A program made the position numbers and the translations under genes. A stretch of 32,000 nucleotides of DNA from Candidatus Electronema halotolerans (GTDB lineage Bacteria; Desulfobacterota; Desulfobulbia; Desulfobulbales; Desulfobulbaceae), in NCBI GenBank assembly GCA_942493095.1, contig OW818675.1, positions 1,380,001 to 1,412,000 on the forward strand, in the 5' to 3' direction. This document shows positions 1 through 10,035 of this stretch, in pieces. The notes beneath the pieces are model-generated. The model searched no databases, was not told the DNA's origin, and saw only the letters and a list, made by a program, of their open reading frames with translations. Numbering within the stretch: the stretch's first letter is position 1; each line of letters starts with the position of its first letter.

Positions 1-130
1 ATATCCAGCCTTTTTTCGTTGACGGCGAAATGGTTTTCCTGCCGTGGGCCGCAGCAGTGCCGACAATGCTCGGAAGGAATAATAAACACGCTGAGAGCAA
101 GGCCAAAATTTGTAATTTTTTCATCATCAT
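1..130 (-). CDS. N-terminus of a secreted or exported protein of unknown function (partial, runs off left edge)
   Basis: Reverse complement of 130..1 reads MMMKKLQILALLSACLLFLPSIVGTAAAHG..., a signal-peptide-like start. Its ATG overlaps the stop of the upstream MBL gene (TGATG). Confidence 0.6.
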   Translation of the reverse strand, partial: MMMKKLQILALLSACLLFLPSIVGTAAAHGRKTISPSTKKGWI

Positions 131-924
131 CACAATATGATTCGGTCTCCGGCGACCGGCAGCAGGGCTTGGGGAACAGTTCGGATTTTCTCCTCAATGG
201 CAGGCAGTTCGTTGCGCCGCAGTTCATGATCCAGATGCACCAAGGCAATCTGGCCCAGCTCCAGCTCTTCCGTCAACTGCAAGGTGCTGGTGACAGAGCC
301 GTGATAGGGAAAGGTGTCCACCATGCTGAAGGACTCATGAATGACAAAATCAGTGCCTTGGATCAGCTCCCGCGCATGGCGGCCCGCCCGCCCGTCACCG
401 CTGTAGTAGAGCCGGTGCTGGCCGTCGTCCAGCCGCAGGCCCAGATTGTACTGCGAATGCTGCGTCAGCGCAGCGGCCCAGTCCAGTCCGGCCAGCGAAA
501 TGCTCTCTTGGGCGTGAAGAAGGTGAAATTCAAAGCTGAAGCTGAGTTTTCGCTCAAAGGTGGGATAGGCTAAATCCAGCACCTGCCTGACCTTGCTTTC
601 AATGCCCTTCTGGCCGATGATGGTCAGCGGTCTGGTTCTGCCAAGCTGCCAGAAACGGAGGAAGAGGAGGGGCAGGCCAAGGAAATGATCGCCGTGAAAA
701 TGGGAAATCCAAACTATGTCAAGCTGTTCCGGCTGGTCAACCGTACGGAAATACTGATGCGCCACTGAAAAGCCGCAGTCGAGCAGGATTCTGAGTCCAT
801 TGTTGGTTGTGATCAGCGAGGAGCTGTTGCCGTGCGCGGTGTCACAGGCCTCCCCGACGCCGAGAAAGAAAATTTCCACCGTAGCTGCTCCCGATACTTT
901 TTTTCTTGCAAATAGTTCTTGCAA
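130..924 (-). CDS. MBL-fold metallohydrolase, RNase Z/ELAC-like
   Basis: 264-aa ORF with HFHGDH metal-binding motif, GNSSSLI near the N-terminus, and later YYSGDGR and HESF...H segments typical of this fold. Exact start uncertain. Confidence 0.75.
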   Translation of the reverse strand: MQELFARKKVSGAATVEIFFLGVGEACDTAHGNSSSLITTNNGLRILLDCGFSVAHQYFRTVDQPEQLDIVWISHFHGDHFLGLPLLFLRFWQLGRTRPLTIIGQKGIESKVRQVLDLAYPTFERKLSFSFEFHLLHAQESISLAGLDWAAALTQHSQYNLGLRLDDGQHRLYYSGDGRAGRHARELIQGTDFVIHESFSMVDTFPYHGSVTSTLQLTEELELGQIALVHLDHELRRNELPAIEEKIRTVPQALLPVAGDRIIL

Positions 925-931
925 GTTGCAC

Positions 932-1237
932 TTAATTAAAAGTGGGTGTATCTACCACTATTGTTTTCACTAAAAAATTGAAAGCACCTGTTCTGTCCTG
1001 ACAAACTCTTGACCCATCGACAAGCTTAATGGTCTTTGCGCTACCAAGCTTGTCGTTCACTACACCAGTTTGAGGATGTGTCTTGCTGGTGTATTCTTCT
1101 GTGTTTATTACTACTCGACAACCTTTTTTAAAAGCAATCCATTCAAGGCGTTTGCGGAACTTGTAGAAAAAAATTCCCATCATTACTCTTATAGCGATTA
1201 CGGGTTGAGTGGCTATCAGATTCCTTTGCCTTGTCAA
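932..1237 (-). pseudogene. C-terminal remnant of a TnpB/IS605 OrfB-like protein
   Basis: Contains FYKFRKRLEWIAFKKGCRVVINTEEYTSKTHPQTG...DRTGAFNFLVKTIV, resembling the TnpB C-terminal pattern (YRFRQRL...VVxVNEAYTSKTC...DRDxNGARNIL). N-terminal two-thirds absent and zinc-ribbon cysteines not present. Confidence 0.55.
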
Positions 1238-1445
1238 AAGTTTTATGTATATAAATTCAATATGTTATACAGGTAACAACATAGCGGACTGATTGCCGTG
1301 AGACGCATAACTGCTATAGTAGTCAACTGTTGTCAACCTTGCAGGACTGACCCGTTGCCAAAGGCATGATGCTTCTGTTTACTTCCTGTTTACTATAGGT
1401 GTTTTTAGCTGCCGAAGCAAGCCGCTTTCGCAGAGAAAAAAATAA

Positions 1446-2036
1446 TCAGGCGCGGAGCGGCAGAACGAATTTGTCCGGCTCCGCCTGTCCGGCGAGCTGT
1501 TCAGGAGGAAAGTTCACAAAGGAAAACAGATGGTTTTCCAGTTCACCGCATTTGCGGAAGTTGTCCCGGATGCCCTGCTGCCTGCGCGCATCGCCGCCGC
1601 TGTATTTCTCCAAAATGTAGTCCAGCCGTTCCGGCAGACTGACAATCTTGTCATGCAGGACCCGCTTGTCCGCATAATAGACAATCTCTTGGGCGGAGAA
1701 AATGCCCTGCTGATACCGCGCCGGAGCAAAATCCGAGAGGATGACATGCGCGGCGACAATCTCGGCAATTTCCGGCAAGCCCAGACTGCGGCAGAGTTCC
1801 GCCCCAGCCTTGGCATGGTTGCAGCCGCTTTTCAGGCAGGGGGTTTTGGCAATGTCATGCAGGAGCGCGCCGCTGATGCAGAGCTGAAGATCAGGCGGCT
1901 GGCGGCTGGTTTTGCCCAGCTCCTCAGCCAGCAGGGCGGCCACGCGGGCGACGACAAAGGAATGCTCGCGGATATTGGCCAGCATTCCGTGCTCTTCCAT
2001 CAGGGCGGCGCAGGCGGCAATGTCTGGGAACTTCAT
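1446..2036 (-). CDS. HD-domain (HDIG-like) phosphohydrolase
   Basis: 196 aa with EHS...VA...ALLHDIAK...HAKAGAE...HV motif series. Start overlaps the stop of hemE. Confidence 0.75.
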   Translation of the reverse strand: MKFPDIAACAALMEEHGMLANIREHSFVVARVAALLAEELGKTSRQPPDLQLCISGALLHDIAKTPCLKSGCNHAKAGAELCRSLGLPEIAEIVAAHVILSDFAPARYQQGIFSAQEIVYYADKRVLHDKIVSLPERLDYILEKYSGGDARRQQGIRDNFRKCGELENHLFSFVNFPPEQLAGQAEPDKFVLPLRA

Positions 2037-3064
2037 GCGCGGCTGCTGAGACGATGCACGGCCTCGACCGCGATTTTCACCTGATCCGGCGGGGTTTGCG
2101 GCAGGATGCCATGACCAAGGTTGAAAATATGGCCTTTGGCCTCTTTTGCCTCAGCCAGAATCAGGGCGATGCGCTTTTCCAGCTCTTGTTTGGGAAGAAA
2201 GAGGGCGATGGGATCAAGATTGCCTTGCAGGACATGATTGCCCGCCCGCCGGGCCGCCTCATCCAAGGGCAGCCGCCAGTCCAGACCCAGCACATCAGCG
2301 CCGGAAGTTTTGCTTGCTTCCAGCAGGGTTGCGCCGTTGTTGGCAAAGTAGATGATCGGCACATCGGTCATCTGGCGAAGATCAGCAATAATAGACTGCA
2401 CATAAGGCAGAGCGAAACGATTAAAATCATAGGGAGCCAGCACCCCGGCCCACGAGTCAAATATCTGCAGGGCCTGCGCCCCGGCCCGCGCCTGCGCCTG
2501 CAAATAAAGGCTGGTGCAGCGGGTGATTTTTTCCAATAAGGCATGATACAGAGCTGGCTCCTGATAGGCCATCCGCTTGGTTTCCAAAAAGACCTTGGAC
2601 GAGCCGCCTTCGATCAGATAGGTGGCCAAGGTGAAAGGCGCGCCGGAAAAACCGATCAGCGGCACCTTGAGAGCGCGGCGCAGCAGTTTGATGGTTTCCA
2701 AGACAAAGGGCAGGTCGTGTTCCGGCTCAGGGATGCGCAATCCTTCAACCGCCGCCTGCGTCCGCACCGGATCAGGAAAGACAGGCCCCCGGTTCTCGTG
2801 GAATTCCAGCTTCAACCCCATTGCCTCCATCGGGATGAGGATGTCGGAAAAAAGGATGGCTGCGTCAAAACCGAAAATATCCACTGGCTGAAGTGTGACT
2901 TCAGTGCAGAGTTCCGGCCTTTTGCACAACTCCAGAAAACTGACTTTACCGCGCACGGCCTGATATTCCGGCAGATAGCGACCAGCTTGGCGCATGAACC
3001 AGACCGGCGTGTATTCGGTTTGCTCGCCTCGGCAGGCTTTGAGAAAAGTATCGTTCATTTGCAT
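2033..3064 (-). CDS. hemE: Uroporphyrinogen decarboxylase
   Basis: 343 aa containing PVWFMRQAGRYLPEY, ILFSDILIPMEAMG, GFSGAPFTLATYLIEGGSSK and FNLGHGILPQTP signatures. Confidence 0.95.
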   Translation of the reverse strand: MQMNDTFLKACRGEQTEYTPVWFMRQAGRYLPEYQAVRGKVSFLELCKRPELCTEVTLQPVDIFGFDAAILFSDILIPMEAMGLKLEFHENRGPVFPDPVRTQAAVEGLRIPEPEHDLPFVLETIKLLRRALKVPLIGFSGAPFTLATYLIEGGSSKVFLETKRMAYQEPALYHALLEKITRCTSLYLQAQARAGAQALQIFDSWAGVLAPYDFNRFALPYVQSIIADLRQMTDVPIIYFANNGATLLEASKTSGADVLGLDWRLPLDEAARRAGNHVLQGNLDPIALFLPKQELEKRIALILAEAKEAKGHIFNLGHGILPQTPPDQVKIAVEAVHRLSSRA

Positions 3065-3078
3065 TAGCTTCAGAGAAA

Positions 3079-3588
3079 TCAGGAACCAAACAGCCCGGCA
3101 ACCGCATTTTCGGCAATTTTTGAAACAAGCGGATGCTCAAAAAAATTGCGAAAGAGAGTCTTTGCCTCTTCCTTTTCCTGCGGGGTTGCATCTGAAGATT
3201 CAATAGCTTTTATTAGCCATAAAAAGGTTAATCTATTATTATTGCAAGTAATATGATCTCCACCTTTTGATCCTGTGGCTGATTCCGTGTTTCTGTGTCG
3301 ATTAAATTCCACATTGATGACAGGATTTACTGCTCCTTCAACAACATCAATTCCTAATGTACTGATTCTTCCTGTGCCTTGAAAGGTGAATTCCGAATGT
3401 TTAAGACCTGATTTGATAGGTTGCCAATCAAGAAGATTTTTCTCGCTTAACTGATCACATATCTGCAATATATCTTGCTCAGTAACTTCAACGCCAAGCT
3501 CGACGGATTTTGGCGAAGGCAAAGAATGTTCACGCCGCCGTTCGTAAAAGTACTGAAGAATATAGCCTCTCAGCTCACTGTCTCTCAT
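3079..3588 (-). CDS. Hypothetical protein, possible winged-helix-like N-terminus
   Basis: 169-aa ORF 14 nt upstream of hemE on the same strand. No family recognised with certainty. Confidence 0.6.
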   Translation of the reverse strand: MRDSELRGYILQYFYERRREHSLPSPKSVELGVEVTEQDILQICDQLSEKNLLDWQPIKSGLKHSEFTFQGTGRISTLGIDVVEGAVNPVINVEFNRHRNTESATGSKGGDHITCNNNRLTFLWLIKAIESSDATPQEKEEAKTLFRNFFEHPLVSKIAENAVAGLFGS

Positions 3589-3966
3589 GTAATTTCAGCT
3601 CCTTGGCTGATACGCGCAAAACGGCTCCTGCGCTAAATAGTCGCGCAGACCGCGCAATCTCTGTTTTCCTGCTCAGGATGCTCAAACGTTTTTCATAGAT
3701 TGGCTCTGCAACGATGGAAGATGATTCCGTTCCTGTGTATTCTCTGGATTCCATTCGTATTTCACAGATTGTTTGTACATGATTTGCATGGACAAAGCAA
3801 GGTAAAAAAGGCTGAAGCGGTTAAGCGGGGCCGAAACCACGGACATTCGGCTTTGCTCAGGCCGAACTGCCGCCACGCCTTTGTCCATTTTGGGGACAAT
3901 GGCACTTGTATTTTTGTTACAAACGTTTCATTTTTGAAATAAAATCACGAAATGTCTATTGTTTAC

Positions 3967-3978
3967 AACAATATTGTT
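3967..3978. promoter_or_regulatory. Perfect 12-bp palindrome AACAATATTGTT in the intergenic region upstream of glnK
   Basis: Direct reading of 3967-3978. Function unknown. Confidence 0.3.
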
Positions 3979-4070
3979 ATAAAACTTACTCGAAAACTGG
4001 CACGATGCTTCAAGTAAAAAGAGCGATTGTTCAAAGAGATGCTCATGCTTCTGTTCAAAATCGACGCTCA

Positions 4071-4086
4071 TGGCACGAAGGTTGCA
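4071..4086 (+). promoter_or_regulatory. Sigma-54 (RpoN) -24/-12 promoter
   Basis: TGGCACGAAGGTTGCA matches the consensus TGGCACG-N4-TTGCA exactly, about 80 nt upstream of the PII gene at 4166. Confidence 0.85.
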
Positions 4087-4150
4087 TGCTCGTTTGTAAG
4101 AATTGCATCAAAGATGTTTCAACGCACTAATCAGAGAAACGAAGGACTGA

Positions 4151-4504
<354 letters not shown>

Positions 4505-4538
4505 CAACCAAGAGAATATGCAACGAGGGAGAAAGGAG

Positions 4539-5837
4539 ATGAAGAAAAGGAATTTGCTGACCGGAGCCGCACTTGCTCTGCTGCTGCTGCCAAGCCTTGC
4601 CGGGGCTGCTGATGAACCGACAGCCAAAGCGGTGCAGACCAATCTTGACTATATCTGGACACTGGTTGCCGCAGCCTTGGTCTTTTTCATGCAGGCCGGA
4701 TTTGCGATGGTGGAAACCGGCTTCACCCGGGCCAAAAATGCGGTCAACATCATGATGAAGAACCTGATGGATTTTGCTATGGGTTCTCTTTTCTTCTGGG
4801 CCATCGGCTTTGGCCTGATGTTCGGCACCAGCACAGGCTTTTTTGGCACAGACGGCTTTTTCCTGAGCGATTTCAAAGTCGGCGGCGATCCGTGGGTGCT
4901 GGCCTTCTGGATGTTCCAGTGCGTGTTTGCCGCCACTGCCGCCACCATCGTTTCCGGGGCAATGGCGGAACGGACCAAATTCACCAGCTACCTGATCTAC
5001 AGTGCCACGCTCTGCGCCTTCATCTATCCAATTTTTGGCAGCTGGGCATGGGGCGGCCTGTTCCACGGCGGCGGCTGGCTGGAAAAGATGGGTTTCATTG
5101 ACTTTGCCGGTTCCACAGTCGTGCATTCCATCGGCGGCTGGGCTTCTTTGGCCGGAGCCATCGTCATCGGGCCTCGGATTGGCAAGTACGGCAAAAACGG
5201 CGAGGTAAAGGCGATTCCTGGTCACAACATTCCAATGGCCGCCTTGGGCGTGTTCATCCTCTGGATCGGCTGGTTCGGTTTCAACCCTGGCTCAACCACA
5301 GCAGGCAACACCGACACCGCCATGATTTTCGTCAACACCAACTTGGCCGCCTGCGCAGGCTGCGTTGCTGGCATGATCACCTCATGGATTCTGTTCAAAA
5401 AGCCGGACATCAGCATGAGCCTGAACGGCGCGCTGGCCGGTCTGGTCGGCATCACCGCAGGCTGCGCCAATGTCAGCCCGACCAGCTCAATCATTATCGG
5501 CGCGATTGCCGGGGTGCTGGTAGTTTTCTCGGTTATCACTATTGACCGGATGCACATTGATGACCCGGTCGGTGCAGTGTCTGTGCATGGTGTCTGCGGC
5601 GCATGGGGCACCTTGGCGGCTGGCCTCTTCAACATCGAAGGTCTGAGCTTTACAATTGTCAGCACGCAGGTTGTCGGCATTGTTGCAGCCTTTGTCTGGT
5701 CATTTGGCTGCGCCTTCATTCTCTTCAAGACACTCAAGGCCACGGTCGGTCTGCGGGTCACAGAAGAAGAGGAAGTCGAAGGGCTTGACTACGGCGAGCA
5801 TGGCTCTCATGCTTACGCGGACTTCCTGACTAAATAA
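4539..5837 (+). CDS. amtB: Ammonium transporter (Amt family) with N-terminal signal peptide
   Basis: AER...DFAGSTVVHSIGG and AVHGVCGAWGT motifs. The most plausible start is the ATG at 4539 after gggagaaaggag, giving MKKRNLLTGAALALLLLPSLAGAA; the 4386 ORF start overlaps glnK and is unlikely. Confidence 0.93.
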   Translation: MKKRNLLTGAALALLLLPSLAGAADEPTAKAVQTNLDYIWTLVAAALVFFMQAGFAMVETGFTRAKNAVNIMMKNLMDFAMGSLFFWAIGFGLMFGTSTGFFGTDGFFLSDFKVGGDPWVLAFWMFQCVFAATAATIVSGAMAERTKFTSYLIYSATLCAFIYPIFGSWAWGGLFHGGGWLEKMGFIDFAGSTVVHSIGGWASLAGAIVIGPRIGKYGKNGEVKAIPGHNIPMAALGVFILWIGWFGFNPGSTTAGNTDTAMIFVNTNLAACAGCVAGMITSWILFKKPDISMSLNGALAGLVGITAGCANVSPTSSIIIGAIAGVLVVFSVITIDRMHIDDPVGAVSVHGVCGAWGTLAAGLFNIEGLSFTIVSTQVVGIVAAFVWSFGCAFILFKTLKATVGLRVTEEEEVEGLDYGEHGSHAYADFLTK

Positions 5838-5862
5838 GCACAGCGTTAAAAGCAGGGGGGGA

Positions 5863-5902
5863 AGCGGGGGCAGCCTGTCTCAGGTCTGCTCCCGCTTTTT
5901 TT
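5863..5902 (+). terminator. Rho-independent terminator after the first Amt gene
   Basis: AGCGGGGGCAG / CTGCTCCCGCT stem (11 bp, one GU) followed by a T tract. Confidence 0.85.
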
Positions 5903-6118
5903 GTGCAACAGAAACTGATGCCGCATCCTGAGCTTGCCAAAGGATGCGGCGTAGATTATTCTGCTTCTGTTACATTGACACATTATGACATTTTTGTATT
6001 TTCTTGGAATTTTTTATTTCAAAATAGTTGTCCTGCGGTCGCTGGCTTTTGCTGAAAAGGCTGAACTGCCTGTCCAACATGCTGATTTTACCGCCCATCA
6101 GAAAGTGAAACACAAAAA

Positions 6119-6134
6119 CGGCATAAACTTTGCT
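6119..6134 (+). promoter_or_regulatory. Candidate weak sigma-54 promoter upstream of the second Amt gene
   Basis: CGGCATAAACTTTGCT keeps GG-N10-GC spacing and TTGCT but deviates at three positions from TGGCACG. Confidence 0.35.
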
Positions 6135-6214
6135 TTTCTGTACAGAAAGTAAACGAACAGGCTGGCTCGGCATCCTGTTCTGCAACCAAGAATCAACGGA
6201 GGGATAGAAAGACG

Positions 6215-7817
<1,603 letters not shown>

Positions 7818-7840
7818 CAAGGAAATCATAACATTCAGCA

Positions 7841-7875
7841 AGCCCGCTGCCGGTTCTGGCAAGCGGGCTTTTTTT
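7841..7875 (+). terminator. Rho-independent terminator after the second PII gene
   Basis: AGCCCGCT ... AGCGGGCT inverted repeat followed by TTTTTTT. Confidence 0.85.
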
Positions 7876-8001
7876 GCGCCATCATGATGAAAAGACTTGC
7901 AGTATGCAGCAATGCGGTTTATTATTTTTTTCACTTGTCAGCAGGCTGCTTGCTGAACAGTGATTACGTGTAAAAACAAATGCCTACATGGGAGTTATCA
8001 A

Positions 8002-8538
8002 ATGAAAAAGGTAATTGGAATAGCTATTTTCTGTCTTGCGGCTTTTCTGCTGTCAATGAACACGGCATACGCTCAAGAAGGCAAGAAAGTTAATCCTGAT
8101 TGGGAAAAAAAATATACGTATCATTATGATTATAAAGATCGTGGGCCAGTAACTGTAAAACTCCTATCAGCTCAAGTCAAAGAAGGTAAGTTGATACTTG
8201 ATATATTGATTCATAATAAAGATAAATACACATATTCATGTGTATGGTTTAATACATCTAAAGATGCTGTGCATATTGATGATGAATTAGGAAATATATA
8301 CAAAGGTGGAAGATTCACACTCATTCCAATGGATAATAAATTTGCTCCAAATCAGAGAAAGAGACTTAAAGTTGAACTACAAGAACCTGATAAAGAAATC
8401 AAATTTGTTAATGTCCACCTTGGATTCAGTGTTAAATATGTAAGTAGTAAACCACAAGAAAGATGCGGTGATTCAATAATTGGAGGAGGTGAATTAAATT
8501 TTCATCAAGCAGACTGGGATATTAGTGCGTTGCGTTAA
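8002..8538 (+). CDS. Secreted hypothetical protein
   Basis: Starts MKKVIGIAIFCLAAFLLSMNTAYAQEG (signal peptide) after ggag; AT-rich; ORF listed from 7960 but the internal ATG at 8002 is preferred. Confidence 0.65.
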   Translation: MKKVIGIAIFCLAAFLLSMNTAYAQEGKKVNPDWEKKYTYHYDYKDRGPVTVKLLSAQVKEGKLILDILIHNKDKYTYSCVWFNTSKDAVHIDDELGNIYKGGRFTLIPMDNKFAPNQRKRLKVELQEPDKEIKFVNVHLGFSVKYVSSKPQERCGDSIIGGGELNFHQADWDISALR

Positions 8539-8543
8539 AAACG

Positions 8544-9110
8544 ATGCAAGAAGGTGCTTTTAAAATAGTAACTACCGTTATAGCAATTATCGCTGTAATT
8601 GTAGCGTATTGTGCATGGCGTTATCCTGTATCGCCTGAAAGGCCGTCTCTGCCGTCCCCGTCCCCTGTTGCAAAAGAAAATACTCTGGAATCAATCAACA
8701 GGTTTGACAAGCACCCTCTTTACACAATCAGTTCTGGCGCAGCCCTTCAAGTCAGGCAAGATGTTTATCTTCCTGCGCACAAAGATATTTTGTATATTCA
8801 GAAAGGAAAATTCATTTTAAGCAAGGAGGATGTGGACGAATATGATTACGTTGTGATCTTGAAATTTAAAAAGTCTGACAAAACAAAAAAGATTGCTTCT
8901 GGGAAGCATCTGGAAATTACTGTAGGCAGACGCGGCCCTGAAGAGAGAGAATACAGACATGCGTATGTTTATCTAAAAGTTGACAACGAAGATATTGATT
9001 ATCTCAAATGCTTAGGGAAAAATAGTTCAGAGCAGATCACCATAGGTCAGTTCAGAAATGTTATGAAAGGGATAATTGATGTGAACATTCCTGCTCCGAA
9101 GGAAATTTAG
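8544..9110 (+). CDS. Hypothetical membrane-anchored protein (N-terminal TM helix)
   Basis: 188-aa ORF, ITTVIAIIAVIVAYCAW hydrophobic segment, 5 nt after the previous ORF and 4 nt before prmA. Confidence 0.6.
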   Translation: MQEGAFKIVTTVIAIIAVIVAYCAWRYPVSPERPSLPSPSPVAKENTLESINRFDKHPLYTISSGAALQVRQDVYLPAHKDILYIQKGKFILSKEDVDEYDYVVILKFKKSDKTKKIASGKHLEITVGRRGPEEREYRHAYVYLKVDNEDIDYLKCLGKNSSEQITIGQFRNVMKGIIDVNIPAPKEI

Positions 9111-9114
9111 TCTC

Positions 9115-10014
9115 ATGACAAAGACCTGCAACACTCCGCCGCAGTGGCTGCAAGTAAGCCTGAACTGCCCGGAACGTGCTTTGGAAGCGGTCTGCGACCT
9201 GCTCGGCGTTCTCAGCGGCTCGGCTGTGGAGCAGAGTCCGCTCAAAGACGGCCTGAGCACAGTCAGCGGTTTTTTCCAATTTTTCACTGAAGCGGAGCAG
9301 GAGCAGCTGCGCCGCCGCTTGGAAACTGAGCTGACCGACCTGTTCGCAGCCTACAAGCTGCCTGTGCCAATGCTGGCCTGTTCCGTGCTCGCAGATCAGG
9401 ACTGGGCCACATCATGGCAGCAGTTTTTCACGCCTTTTGCCATTGTTCCCGGCCTGATCATCAAGCCGAGCTGGGAAGAACATGCGGCCCAGCCGGGCGA
9501 GCAGGTGCTGGAGATTGATCCGGGCATGGCCTTTGGCACAGGCCAGCACGCTTCAACCAAGCTGGCTCTCAGCCTGCTGCAAAGCTGCTGTCATGACCAC
9601 CAGCCGGAAACCGTGCTTGATGTCGGCACCGGCACCGGCATTTTGGCAATGGCAGCAGCCCTGTTCGGGGCCAAGAAGATTCGTGCCATTGACAACGACC
9701 CGGAGGCGGTGCGGGCGGCGGCGGAAAACATTGCCTGCAACCATCTCAGCGCGATGATTGATGTTTCTGGCACTGTGCTGGCCGAGATCAGCGGCAGTTA
9801 TGACCTGATCTGCGCCAACATCCTCCATGATGTGCTGGTGGAAATGGCCCCGGACATTGCCAAGCGATTGACAGCGCAGGGTTGCGTGGTGCTGGCAGGC
9901 ATCCTGCGCGGCGAGCAGGAGGAGAATATTATTCAAATATACAGCGGGTTGGGACTCAAACTGCGGCAGCAGGTTCATGAGGAGGAATGGGCGGCCCTGC
10001 TGCTGGGCCGGTGA
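9115..10014 (+). CDS. prmA: Ribosomal protein L11 methyltransferase
   Basis: 299 aa with DPGMAFGTGQHASTKLAL and VLDVGTGTGILAMAAALFGAKKIRAIDNDPEAV motifs. Confidence 0.92.
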   Translation: MTKTCNTPPQWLQVSLNCPERALEAVCDLLGVLSGSAVEQSPLKDGLSTVSGFFQFFTEAEQEQLRRRLETELTDLFAAYKLPVPMLACSVLADQDWATSWQQFFTPFAIVPGLIIKPSWEEHAAQPGEQVLEIDPGMAFGTGQHASTKLALSLLQSCCHDHQPETVLDVGTGTGILAMAAALFGAKKIRAIDNDPEAVRAAAENIACNHLSAMIDVSGTVLAEISGSYDLICANILHDVLVEMAPDIAKRLTAQGCVVLAGILRGEQEENIIQIYSGLGLKLRQQVHEEEWAALLLGR

Positions 10015-10035
10015 AATTTTTCTTGCCAGCTCTGC

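Noticed and set aside
3682-3888. 68-aa minus-strand ORF in the hemE/glnK intergenic region
   Set aside because: Short, no clear RBS or recognisable family; not enough support.
3999-4013. TGGCACGATGCTTCA as a second sigma-54 promoter
   Set aside because: Matches the -24 half but the -12 half has CA instead of GC. The perfect site at 4071 is a much better candidate.
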